Assembly: GCA_035221665.1 (NCBI GenBank)
Contig: JAVHYY010000154.1
Coordinates: 434,001 to 498,000, forward strand
DNA from: Okamejei kenojei
Lineage: Eukaryota
Reading direction: 5' to 3'
DNA: 64,000 bases
How positions within the stretch are numbered: position 1 is the first letter of the stretch; every line of letters begins with the position of its first letter. Of the stretch, positions 36,471-49,237 are shown one piece after another. The translations under genes were made by a program, and so were the position numbers. The notes under the pieces were generated by a model that made no database searches, was not told the origin of the DNA, and saw nothing but the letters and a program-made list of their open reading frames with translations.

Positions 36471-37637
36471 GACTGGTCGTTTCTGTTCCATTATGTGTAT
36501 TGCATTCGGAAGAACGGGAAATGCACACCGTCCAGTAATTTGGCGCTGCATTTTTGGTATCGCTCTTAAGTTCTCATAGGGATAATTTCGCAGAGACTGA
36601 TTTGAAGGTCGAACGAAAAACCTGCTCAACAAAACCGGATTAGAGATAAAAACAACTACACATGCAGCGATCTTGCCGTGAAAACGAAGAACTGGTTAAC
36701 TCAGCCAGTCTTGCAGCATCTCTGGAGGACCAACGCAGTCGACGTATCGGTTTGGGATAATTCTTGCAATCAGAGTCCGAAGAAGGGAATCGAGCTGATA
36801 CGTCGCCTAACTATGTCCTCCTGAGATATTGCCTGCGCCACTAAGATACTCCAGCACTTTTTCTTGACAGCTACTGTACGTACACCCGCCCGCTGTTCGG
36901 GAGAAAATACTAGCCCGTTATGTTGTTAGCCGTGTTTGTGAAGGGTGTTTGTAATTATATTTGCAGTGCTTCACTAAATCCCTTTCCTCGGTCTCATGTT
37001 CGGAAATGCATTCTCGAAAGCCCAATGGAAAACAGACCGCGTTAATCCACACCACGATTGACTCAATGCCCGGACGCAAAAGTTGCTCACGTCTCAGCAA
37101 TAAAAACGACAGTGCGCATTTGAATTTACCGTTTTAAAAATGAAATCAAATATTTGATATTGGAAGAATCCCCTCTTAATTCTGATTTGATAGATGGCAA
37201 TTTGGACTGTTAATTTCATTTTAGATACACTGTGTGACATGTTGAAAATGTTCTATATTTTACATCAACATCAAACGATTGGCATAATGTTGTGAAGATT
37301 AGTACAAAAGGCCATCCCACTAATTTTGGCAAACAGGATTTTAATCATTTGCAGATTAAATTCCTGTTTACCAAAATGGGATTGCTATTTGTACTAATAT
37401 TTCCATCTTCATGACATTGCTTTCCACTTTTACGCTAATTTTGGTAATCAGGAATTTAATAATTTACTGATTGAACATCTACCTGGTAAACGTTTGACGG
37501 ATGATTGTCCCAAATATTCATACGTTAAATAAATAGTCTCTACTGCTGGCGACACAGATTTAAATTACTCCGTCTGCTCCCTCCCACCAACGCATACACC
37601 ACACAATTAATCAGTTTCTGCTTTCATTCTTTTCCAG

Positions 37638-38511
37638 TGAATCTGATGGCGATTGTGATCCCGTCCCGTGGCAAGTGCGGCCTTTCCAAGTGCATCACTT
37701 GTTACATGGTAGCCATGGCGACCGCGGACCTTCCTGTGATTTTCTGTGAAGTGATATTTCACCGGATTGCTGATATGTATTGGTGGCATGCTTCCTTGCC
37801 CTACACTCCGGTGTGCAAAATAACGATCTACCTGGCATCCGTCACGGTGAATTCTTCTGTATAGTTCACAGTCGCTTTCACCTTTGATCGCTTTGTTGCG
37901 ATTTCTACTCAGAAAATGAAAACCAAATATTGCACCGAGAGATCCGCGTCGATTGTTATCCTGACAGTGATACCATTCGTCTGCCTTAAAAACCTACGCT
38001 TGCCCTTTGCATAAACTTCTTAGCCTGAAACTCGTAATTGGTCTACATTCATCCCGAATGGATGGTGTTCTCTTGGATCGAACAGTTGTTCACCCCGGTG
38101 ATTCCATTCTGCCTGATTTTGTTGTTTAACGCGCTCACCGTCAGGCGTATTTCTGTTGCCAGTCGGGTCCGCAGGAGTCTCCGGGACATCAGGGGTGGGG
38201 AGAAAAAAAAAGACCAGGAGATGGTGAACAGCAGACGTTGGTTTGTTTTACTTCTAGCAATTTCTAGCTGCTTCATCCTTCTCTGGGTTGCACATTTTAT
38301 TGCGGTTCGAAGTTTGAAACTCTTTGTGTAAAAGGCATGGAAAAACTCTGCAGAAGAATTGGAAAGGGCTGGATTGATGCTTCAGTTGCTGAGCTCCTGC
38401 ACCAACACGGCCATTTACAGCGTGACACAGAGCAAGTTCAGAGAGGAGCTGTACCGTGTGCTAACATATCCGATCCGTTGCACTGGAAAAATAATTAAAT
38501 CGGTAAAGTGA
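37638..38511 (+). pseudogene. GPR139-like GPCR exon 2, cassette 2 (exon 1 not found)
   Basis: Acceptor ttccag; NLMAIVIPSRGKCGLSKCITCYMVAMATADL. TAG at 37862 and later stops/deletions. Ancestral-looking C-terminus TQSKFREELYRVLTYP..SVK-TGA. Confidence 0.85.
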
Positions 38512-40509
38512 TAGTTAGAATAATATAACACAAACGAGTGACCAGCTAAGCTTCAGGGTTTAAATGAAAATACAGCATTTAATGTGTGGACATTTTATGT
38601 CCATTCGCCCTGTCGGTTACGTCCAGCTGCTTAGGAGGTTCATGGGCTCAATAGATTCTCACCTCATGTACGTATTCCCAAGTGGCCCGTTCAATCATTC
38701 AACTGCTGTGTTTTCACGAATATGTATACATATGCCTGGAACATATTGTTTGCAAAATGAGTGAAGATTTTCAGTTGACTAGGAGCAACGTGTTGTATTG
38801 ATGATTTCCATTCATCATTGAAAAAAAAACGTATCTTTGCTCATTGACGAGGTTTTCGGTTTAAAGAGAATCTGCTGTTTTATCAGCAGATGATCTAGAT
38901 TGTGTAAAGTTCCAAACATATACCGTGCTTAAAATACCTTCTCTATGCGGAAAACCTCTATCGAAAGTAAACCTATAGGTTAGATGTGCCAGAAATACAA
39001 AATCATGAGAGGAATATATCGGGTTGATGCACAGAGTCTTATGCGCAGAGAATCGACTACCAGAGGACATTGGTTCAAGGAGAAGGGAAACATATTTAAC
39101 AGGAATCCGCAGGGAACATTTTCACACAAAGGGTAGTTTGTGTATGGAACAAGCTGCCACATGAGGTAGTCGATGCTGTCTCTATCCCATCGTTTAAGAA
39201 ACAGTGAGACAGGTACATGGATAAGAGAGATATGGAGGGATATGGACGCGATCAGGCAAGTGGGACTATTGTAGATGGGAGATTGTTGGCCGGTGTGGCG
39301 ATTGGGGCCGAAGGTCCTGATACCACACTGTATCACTTCTGTGACTCTGTGATTCTATGCTCCTATCTACGGTAACAAATCATTTTCCGCATTTTCCTTT
39401 ATGTTCTCCCGGTGGGCAAACATTTTAACACCTATTCCCATTCCCATATAAACCCTTCTGTCGTTGTCCTCCTCAACTGTTAGAGCGAGGCCACGCAAAA
39501 AATGTAGGAGCAGCATCTCGTATGCCGCATGTCTCTCTTTCTCTCACTCTCCCCCCAACCTAGTCATCATACTAGTTGTACTGCTCTCATCTTTGTAGTT
39601 GTTTGTTACCACTTATTCCCCAGCCAACAATGGGCGATTATGGGCTCCTTCATTTCTTAGACACGTGTTTCCTTCCCTGCCTCGTTCTGGCCTACTCTTG
39701 CATCCAGTGGCCTCGCCCTACTTTCAGACGGAAGAAGGATCCTGACCAGAATCGTCAACTGTCAATTTCCTGCAGAGATACTGCCTGCTGTTCATTTGCA
39801 CCTAAGAGGCTGTAAGCCGCATAATGTATCCCTGATACTACAACGTTGGGGCTGGTGGAGGGTTAACTTTGTACCTACCTATTTGTCGTCTTCCCTCACA
39901 ATCTGTGAAGAAAATGAAATATTCTGTCAATTATGAATTAAAATGAAGATATCTTGTTCTAAAAAAAATGCTCGTGCACTCTGTCGTTCATAAACCATTG
40001 GCTAATAAATTAAGTGATAATACACCCCTCCAGGTGTTCAAATGTCAACTCTGCCAATATTATCATCCAGCATCCCCTCACCGGGACATGTTTAGGCGCG
40101 GATTCCGTGAAATGTAAATGTGAGCGGAATTATTCTGTGTGATGGGGAAAACTGTGAACCATATTTCTCTCCATTCAGTGGCGATAATCGCAACGAAGAC
40201 CATTGTCCCTCTTCCTACTCGTGTGGTTATTTGAATGCAGCAGCCTCCTTAGTCCAAATGGCTTGAATTCAGTTGCTAAAATCTTACCTACTCCGCTGTT
40301 GTCTCCATTGAAAGTATATTGCATGTCCCATAAATATATTGATGATTCTCCCGATCAACTCTACAAAGCCTTGTGGGATTTTTTAAAACTTGCTGATCTT
40401 TCGTGAAACAAATTTGGAAGTTTCTTGCCAGCTAAATAAAGGTGAACATTTGTTGTATGACTCTTTAATATTTTTCTTTCAGGTCCACCCTCATTCCAAT
40501 GTGTTGAGT

Positions 40510-41325
40510 GGGGTGGTTCCCGTATCGATCGCATGTACATCTCCGGAGCTTTTGCCGCTCGTGTCTCGTGGCCTCTGTGCGGCCGGTGCCGTGCTACGAC
40601 CACTGTCTGGTGCAAGTGGACTTCATCCTAGCGCGCACACAAGCTGGTCCGCGTTCTGGCACTTTAATAACCAGCTGCTGGAGTTTAGCCGATTACAGGT
40701 ATCATTCAGTCGGTTTGGGGTGAAGTGAAGAGAGAGGCGGAGGGGTTTCCCTTCCCTTAGGCAGTGGTGGGACACGGGGAAGACTTACATCCTTTTGCCA
40801 GGAGTTCACGTCGGGTTCGTCGAGAAGGGGGGGGGGGGGGGGGCAGAGAATTACTCGACGCAGAGTCTCGCTTGGGTCGGATTGGTGAGGACTCCTGTGA
40901 GTGGGGAGAGTATCATGAGAGGAAGGAACCACGAAGGGATATGCAGCCAGAGCGGTCCCGAGATGCTTACGTGACGTCGCTGGTCCAGATGCTACACGAA
41001 TTGGACCGTGCGTCACCTTTATTTTTCTCTCTGGAGAAAGGGCTGGGATTCCGCAAAGAGCTCATCTGTTAAAGATCCAGAGAAGGTCAGTGCTTTAGTT
41101 CGGTCTTTTTATGGGTCTCTGTTCTCCGCAGATGGATTCAGCGGGGAGGCGCAGCTGGTCTTGTGGGAGGGTCTACTGACTGTGGATAGTGAGTTGTTTG
41201 AATTCCTTGACGACCACTTTTCATTGGTGGAGTTGACTGTGGAGAGGCAAATCCCCAGCCGGCTTGGCTGAGGGTAGAGTTAACTGGGATGTCCTGGGGG
41301 GTGACTACATGAAGGTCCTGGGGAG
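40510..41325 (+). mobile_element. Tx1-like fragment, cassette 3
   Basis: SAFWHFNNQLL and LDRASPLFFSLEK..KDPEKVSALVRSFYGSLF. Confidence 0.7.
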
Positions 41326-42045
41326 GGGGGGGGGATTGGAGCCGGGCGACCGGTGATCTATGGAGAGAAGGAATAGGTCGTTTCGGGTCGAGACACTCTG
41401 CAGACTGATGTGGGGGTGGGGGGGTGGGGGGGGGTGGGGAGAAGAATGGAAGAGGCGGAGACAGTGGGCTATGGGGGTGCCTGGAAGGGTCGGAGGGAGG
41501 GAGAAAGCAAGGACTGCCTGAAATTGGAGATGTGAATGTTCATACCGCTGCGATGTAAACTACCCAAACGAAATCTGAGGTGCCAATTTGCGGTGGGCTT
41601 CACTGTATTCTGGGCCTCCTCCAAGGCTAGAACGAGTTACGTAGATTAAGGCACAATAATTAAGCCAATTTCCCTCATGGTCCAGTGGTCCGAATTCGGT
41701 TTCCGTTCAGGGAAGGTGGAGATTTTTTAAATCTAGTGCAGAACTGCGCAGGTCCCACCTTCTGCATATTGTGCACCCCACCAGCACATAAAATGTGGGC
41801 AGTCCATCAGTCTTTATACTGGTACGTCTGCTGCTTCTTCGTAAACTATACTGATACAAATTGGCAACAGTAGATGAATGAGATTTTTAAACAGTTTTAG
41901 CGTGTGTGTTTGTGTTGTGCTCGTGTGTATGAAGAATGGTGAGAATAAAAATCGGCGGCTGATGTTTTCTTGGCCACTGACGACTACTCAGATATATAAA
42001 GCCAGAGCTGATTTTCTACTTGAGCTGCATTTCCGCCTATTAACC

Positions 42046-42276
42046 NNNNNNNNNNNNNNNNNNNNNNNNNNNNNNNNNNNNNNNNNNNNNNNNNNNNNNN
42101 NNNNNNNNNNNNNNNNNNNNNNNNNNNNNNNNNNNNNNNNNNNNNNNNNNNNNNNNNNNNNNNNNNNNNNNNNNNNNNNNNNNNNNNNNNNNNNNNNNNN
42201 NNNNNNNNNNNNNNNNNNNNNNNNNNNNNNNNNNNNNNNNNNNNNNNNNNNNNNNNNNNNNNNNNNNNNNNNNNNN
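42046..42276. other. N run adjacent to a CT-rich tract
   Basis: Direct reading. Confidence 0.95.
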
Positions 42277-42390
42277 CCCTTTACCTCTCCCTCTCCCTCT
42301 CTCCCCCCTCCCCTCTCCCTCACTCTCCCTGTCTTCCCAGAATAATTTTGCTTCTGTAATTTATCTTTGTAATCTTTCCATTTTTTTTGT

Positions 42391-45300
42391 AGCGTTGCTG
42401 GTTAGAGCGGAGATTAACGCAATAGAAAGGAATGGCATTAGCTTGGAGGATGTGGAATTGATATGGGAGGAGCTGCGAAACACTAAGGGGCAGAAAACGC
42501 TAGTGGGTGTTGTGTACAGGCCTCCTAACAGTAGTAGTGGAGTTGGGGATGGCATCAAACAAGAAACTAGAAATGCGTGCAACGAAGGTAAAACCGGTAT
42601 AATGGGTGACTTCAATCTACATATAGATTGGGTGAATCAAATTGGCAGGGGTGCTGAGGAAGAGGATTTCTTGGAATGTATGCGGGATAGTTTTCTAAAC
42701 CAACATGTGGAGGAACCAACGAGAGATTAGGCTATTCTAGACTGGATATCGAGTAATGAAGAAGGGTTAGTTAGCAGCCTTGTTGTACGTGGCCCCTTGG
42801 GCAAGAGTGACCATAATATGGTTGAGTTCTTCACTAGGATGGAGAATGACATTGTTAATTCAGAAACACGGGTCCTGACAAGGTAACTTTGAGGGTATGA
42901 GACGTGAATTGACCAAGATGGACTGGCAATTGATTCTTGAAGGGTTGACGGTGGATATGCAATGGAAGGCATTTAAAGACTGCATGGATGAACTACAACC
43001 ATTGTTCATCCCAGTATGGCAAAAGAATAATTCAGGGAAGGTGGCGCATCCGTGGATGACGAGGTAAATCAGGGATAGTATCAAAGAAAAAGATGAAGCG
43101 TACACATTTGCCAGAAAAAGCAGCCTACCAGGGGACTGGGAGAAATTCAGAGACCAACAGAGGAGGACAAAGGGCTTAATTAGGAAACGGAAAATGGAGT
43201 ATGAAAGTAAGCTGGCAGGAAACATAAAAACTGACTGCAAAAGGTTTTATCGATATGTGAAGCGCAAAAGATTAGTTAAAACAAATGTAGGTCCCTTGCA
43301 GTCAGAAACGGGTGAATTGATCATGGGGAACAAGGACATGGCAGACCAATTGAACAACTACTTTGGTTCTGTCTTCACTAAGGAAGACATAAATAATTTG
43401 CCGGAAATAGCAGGGGATCGCGGGTCAAATGAGATGGAGGAAATGAGTGAAATCCAGGTTAGCCGGAAAGGGGCGCGCTGTCTTCAGGGCCGATAGAACA
43501 GCGGAGGACTCCGGTAAGACCAAGGGCGGCGGACTGTGCATTTATGTGAATAACACATGGTGTACAGATGCTGTCAGGATTGGTAGTCACTGCTCTGCTG
43601 ACCTGGAATACCTGATGATAAAGTGCAGGCCCTTCTATCTGCCCAGGGAATTTACATCGATTGTTATCACTGCAGTCTATGTACCATCGGACGCTAATGC
43701 CAGGCTAGCAATGGAGGAGCTGCAAGCTGCTATCAGCAGCCAACTAACTGCACACCCAGAGGGGGCTTTTATTGTTGCAGGTGATTTTAACCACTCCAAC
43801 CTTAAAACTGTACTCCCCAGATTCCACCAACATGTTTCCTGCCCAACCGCACGAAACAAGACTCTGGACCTAGTATTCACCAATATTACTGAAGCATACA
43901 AAGCCCTCCCCCTCCCCCACCTGGGACAGTCTGACCAGCTCTCTCTGTTCCTGCTCCCCAAATACACACTTCTGATCAGACGTGTGAAACCTTCCGTGAG
44001 GACAGTGAAGGTCTGGCCTGAGGGGGCTGTCTCTGTCTTACAGGAACAGTTTCAGCAAACAGACTGGAGTCTGTTTGCCACCCAGGCCACCTTCAACTCC
44101 CAAGTGGACATCAACTCATACACCTCAACCGTTCTGGACTATATAAAATTCTGCACGGACAACGTCACTACCTACAAAGCGATAAAGACCTTTCCTAACG
44201 AGAAGCCGTGGATGAGCAGGGAGGTCAGACTCCTGCTGAAGACTCTCGACGCCGCTTTCAAATCTGGCGATGCTGCGGGATACAGCTCATCCAGGGCCAA
44301 TCTGAAAAAGGGAATTAGGAATGCTAAACTCAATCACAAACGGCGGATCAAGGAGCATTTCCGAAATAACTCTGACCCCAGGCGCATGTGGCAAGGAATA
44401 AAATCCATTGCCGATTACCATAAAATTAACACCCCCCCCAGACAATGCCTCCCTTCCTGACGAGCTAAACAATTTCAACGCCCGCTTTGACCGGGACAAT
44501 AAAACTCCAGCCATCAAAGTCGCTCCACCCCCGCATGAACAATCCCTCAGTCTCTCCACCTCTGCTGTACAAGATGCACTGAGCAAGGTGAATGAGCACA
44601 AAGCTGCCGGCGCCGATGGCATCCCCGGGCGGGTGCTCAGGGCATGTGCTGGACAACTATCCCTGGTCCTCACTGACATTTTCAATCTGTCACTGGCCCA
44701 GGGTGTCGTCCCCACTTGCCTCAAGACATCTACCATTGTGCCAGTGCCCAAACAATCAGCGACAGGGAGTCTCAACGATTTCTGGCCAGTGGCACTCACC
44801 CTGTCATCGCCAAGTGCTTCGAGCGGCTGATCCTGGCTGACCTCAAAGCCATCCTCCCCCCCACACTGGACCCCCATCAGATTGCCTACCGGACCGATAG
44901 GTCAACAGAGGACGCCATATCGGCGGCCCTACACTCTGCCCTGACCCACCTGGACAGCAATAACACCTACATCAGGCTGCTGTTCATCGACTTCAGTTCC
45001 GCCTTTAACACTGTCATACCCGCTAGCTTGATCACCAAACTCAGCGGTCTTGGCATCTCCACTTCCCTCTGCAATTGGACACTGGATTTCCTCACTAACA
45101 GACCTCAGTCTGTTAGGATCAACAACCTCACCTCCTCCACTATAACACTGAACACTGGCGTGCCACAGGGCTGTGTGCTCAGTCCTCTCCTCTATTCTCT
45201 CTTCACCCATGACTGCATCCCTAAGTTTAGCTCCAACGCCATCATAAAATTTGCCGACGACACCACGGTGGTAGGACTGATCAGCGACAACGACGAGTCA

Positions 45301-47597
45301 GCCTACAGGGAGGAGGTCCAGCACCTGACAACCTGGTGTGCCAATCACAACCTCGTCCTCAACTCCCAGAAGACGAAGGAAATCATTGTCGACTTCAGAA
45401 AAAACAGAGGGGGCAGACACCCCTCCATCCATATAAACGGGACTGAGGTGGAGCGTGTCTCCCACTACAAATTCCTCGTGGTACACATCTCGGAGAATCT
45501 GTCCTGGTCCCTCAACACCTCCAAGCTGATCAAAAATGCGCAGCAGCGCCTTTACTTCTTGAGGAGGCTCAAAAAAGCCCAACTGTCCCCCCAGATCCTG
45601 ACCAACTTTTACCGCTGTACCGTTGAAAGCATCCTGACCACCTGCTTCACGGTATGGTACAGCAGTTGCACCGTAGCAGACAGGAAGGCACTACAACGGG
45701 TGGTGAAAACCGCCCTGTACATCATCGGTGCCCCGCGCCCTGCCTTGGATGCCCTCCACCGAAAACGGTGTCTGAGACGGGCTGGGAAGATCATCAAGGA
45801 CCCCTCCCACCCTAACCATGGACTGTTTGCCCTCCTACCATCGGGGAGGCGGTACAGGAGAGCCTCAGGTCCCGCACCAGCAGGATGAGGAGTAGCTTCT
45901 ACAATAACACCATCGCACTGCTGAACACCCGCCGATAGATTCCCGCCGATAGATTCCCACATCTGTATTTATTTTTCTGTATTTATTTATCTGTACTTAT
46001 CTAAACATTGCTATCACTACGTACTGACACTAAACTGCATTTCGTTGTACCCATGCCTGTATCTGTACAATGACATTAAATTTGAATTGAATTGAAGTGG
46101 TGTTAGGTACATTGAATGGATTAAAGGTCGATAAATCCCCAGGGCCAGATAGGCTGCATCCCAGGGTACTTAAGGAAGTAGCCCCAGAAATAACAGATGC
46201 CTTAGTGATAATTTTCTCAAAACTCTTTTTAAAAAGGGAGGGAGAGAGAAAACGGGGAATTACAGACCAGTTAGTCTAACATCGGTAGTGGGGAAACTGC
46301 TACAGTCAATTATTAAAGATGGGATAGCAGCGCTTTTGGAAAGTGGTGAAATCATTGGACAAAGTCAGCATGGATTTACGAAGGGTAAATCATGTCTGAC
46401 GAATCTTATTGATTTTTTTGAGGATGTAACTAGTAGAGTGGATAAGGGAGAAGCAGTGAATGTGTTATATCTGGACTTTCAGAGGGCTTTCGACAAGGTC
46501 CCACACAACAGATTGGTTTACAAACTAACTGTCTGGCAGACAGGAAGCAAAGAGTAGGAGTGAACGGGTCCTTTTCAGAATGGCAGACAGTGAATAGTGG
46601 GGTGCCGCAAGGCTCAGTGGTGGGACCCCAGCTAGTTACAATATACATTAATGATTTGGACGAGGGAATTAAATGCAACATCTCGAAGTTTGCGGATGAC
46701 ACGAAGCTGGGGGGGCAGTGTTAGCTGTGAGGAGGATGCTAGGAGGCTGCAGGATGACTTCGATAGACTGGGTGAATGGGCAAATGCATGGCAGATGCAG
46801 TATAATGTGGATAAATGTGAGGTTATCCACTTTGGTGGCAAAACAGGAAGGTAGACTATTATTTGAATGGTGACCGATTAGGAAAAGGGGAGATGCAGCG
46901 AGACCTGGGTGTCATGGTACACCAGTCATTGAAAGTAGGCATGCAGGTGCAGCAGGCTGTTAAGAAAGCGAATGGTATGTTGGCATTCATAGCAAAAGGA
47001 TTTGAGTACAAGAGCAGGGAGGTTCTACTGCAGTTGTACAGGGTCTTGGTGAGGCCACACCTGGAGTATTGCGTACAGTTTTGGTCTCCTAATCTGAGGA
47101 AAGACATTCTTGCCATAGAGGGAGTACAGAGAAGGTTCACCAGACTGATTCCTGGGATGGCACGTCTTCCATATGAGGAAAGACTGGATAGACTCGGCTT
47201 GTACTCGCTGGAATTTAGAAGATCGAGGGGTGATCTCATAGAGACTTACAAAATTCTTAAGGGGCTGGAAGATTGTTCCCGATGTTGAGGAAGTCCAGGA
47301 CAAGGGGTCACAGGTTAAGGATAAGGGGGAAGTCTTTTAGGACCGAGATGAGAAAATCGTTTTTCACACAGAGAGTGGTGCATCTGTGGAATTCTCTGCC
47401 ACAGAAGGTAGTTGAGGCCAGTTCGTTGGCCATATTTAAGAGGGCCCTTGTGGATGAAGGGATCAGGGGGTATGGAGGGAAGGCAGGTGCAGGATACTGA
47501 GGTGGATGATCAGCCATGATCATATTGAATGGCGGTACAGGCTCGAAGGGCCGAATGGCCTGCTCCTGCACCTAATTTCTATGTTTCTATGTTTCTA
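42391..47597 (+). mobile_element. CR1 ORF2 (APE-RT-3'UTR), interrupted by Rex1
   Basis: ORFs 42395-42730, 43194-43468 and 46097-47500; (tttctatg)n tail near 47575. Confidence 0.9.
43469..46096 (+). mobile_element. Rex1/Babar LINE (APE + RT), nested in CR1
   Basis: [48 protein letters not shown]; (attga)n tail; the CR1 frame resumes at gtggtgttagg. Confidence 0.92.
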
Positions 47598-47599
47598 CT

Positions 47600-48762
47600 T
47601 TCAATTATGCTGGTGGACAAACTGGGGGACTTGGGACTTCCGCACTCCACCTGCATGTGAATGAATAGCATCCTATCGGGTCGCAGCCAGAGAGTCAGAG
47701 TGGGCCATCACACATCCACGGCCCTCAGCCTCAGTGTCGGCTCTCCACAGGGCTGCGTGCTGAGCCCCCTGCTCTACACCATCTACACACATGACTGCAC
47801 CCCCACCCACCACAGCAACACCATTGTCAAATTTTCGGATGACACTACGGTGGTGGGACTCATTTCCAGGGGCGACGAGTACTCCTATCGGGATGAGGTG
47901 GAACAGCTGACAGTGTGGTGCGGAGAAAATAACCTGCTCCTCAACACCTTAAAGACCAAGTAGATAATAATAGACTTCAGGAAGAACAAAAACTGACATG
48001 GTACCACTGATCATCAGAGGGGACTGTGTGGAGAGGGTGGCGGATTTCCGCTTCGTAAGAATCCATATTGAGGAGGACCTGACGTGGAGCGTGAACACTT
48101 CTGCGCTGCTGAAAAAGGTCCAGCAGAGACCGCACTTCCTGAGGGTGCTCGGGAAGAATAACATCACTCAGAGATTGCTGCTGTCCTTTTATCGGTGCTC
48201 CATTGAGAGCATCCTAACATACTGTATATACATGTTGTACACCAGCTGCACAGCGGTTCAGAGGAAAGCGCTCCAGAGGGCCATTGACAACGCCCACAGG
48301 ATTGTCGGCAGCCCTCTCCCTACCTTGGAAGACTTACACAGTTCCCGCTGCATCAGAAAATCCCAGAATATTATAAAGGACATTTCCCACCCGGACGCTC
48401 CTTGTTGGAACTGTTGCCGTCAGGCAGACGGTACAGATCTACAAGGACAAGGACAAACAGACTTAAACACCGTTTTTACCCCACTGCTATAAAGGCACTA
48501 AATGTAGCTGCCAAGGAACGCAGGGACTAAGGGACTGTGGTTGGTACACTGTGAAATCGACAGAAGGATGTAGCGTTGGGTGGTTTATGCGTGCTATTTT
48601 CGTATTTATTTTAGTTGTTTATCTTTTTTAATATGTTACCTTGTATGTATCGTTAGCTTTTAGAAATGTTTGAATGGTGCACTGACTGGCTGACGTTTTT
48701 TTAAATTTCTTTGTACATGGTTCATGTTACAATGACAATAAATAAACTATTCTATTCTACTC
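47600..48762 (+). mobile_element. Second Rex1-like LINE, 3' part
   Basis: [18 protein letters not shown]..; (tattc)n tail near 48748. Confidence 0.85.
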
Positions 48763-48931
48763 TAATGTATTTTTGTAGTCTCTCTTTCTCTTCTTTCCCT
48801 CGCAACGTGCAATCAATCCATACGACACTGAGGTTCTCGGATAGCGCCGCAGATGTTCTGCAGAGCTGTGTGCCTGTATTCCGCCACGCTGAGGTTTTGG
48901 TACAGCTATCTCACTGCAATATGTCACTGTG

Positions 48932-49237
48932 CGATGCGCGGACTCATCCCACAGTAATACACAGCCTCGTCGCTCGGCAGTACTTCAGATAGCGTTAACT
49001 GACTGATTTTCTGGCCAGGATCGAGAGAACCAGTAATACGACCTTCGGCAGCCTCTTCCTTATCTTGCTTTCCTGAAGTGTGTCTTTGAAGCAGGAATTC
49101 CAGAGCCTGCCCTGCGAATTGCCGGTACCAGTGTACTGTGTACGAGCAGAATCCGGAATATACGCAGTTAAGAGTGACAGTGTCACCAGAAAGAGAGGAT
49201 TGTTTAGGCGGACTCTGCGAACCCGCGGAAATTGAAT
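48932..49237 (-). CDS. Leaderless supporting TCR-delta-type V exon, cassette 3 (open)
   Basis: Acceptor ttctgcag; ..TLNCVYSGFCSYTVHWYRQ..DEAVYYCGMSPRI. RSS CACAGTG 48925-48931, 23 nt, ACCAAAACC 48893-48901. Confidence 0.92.
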
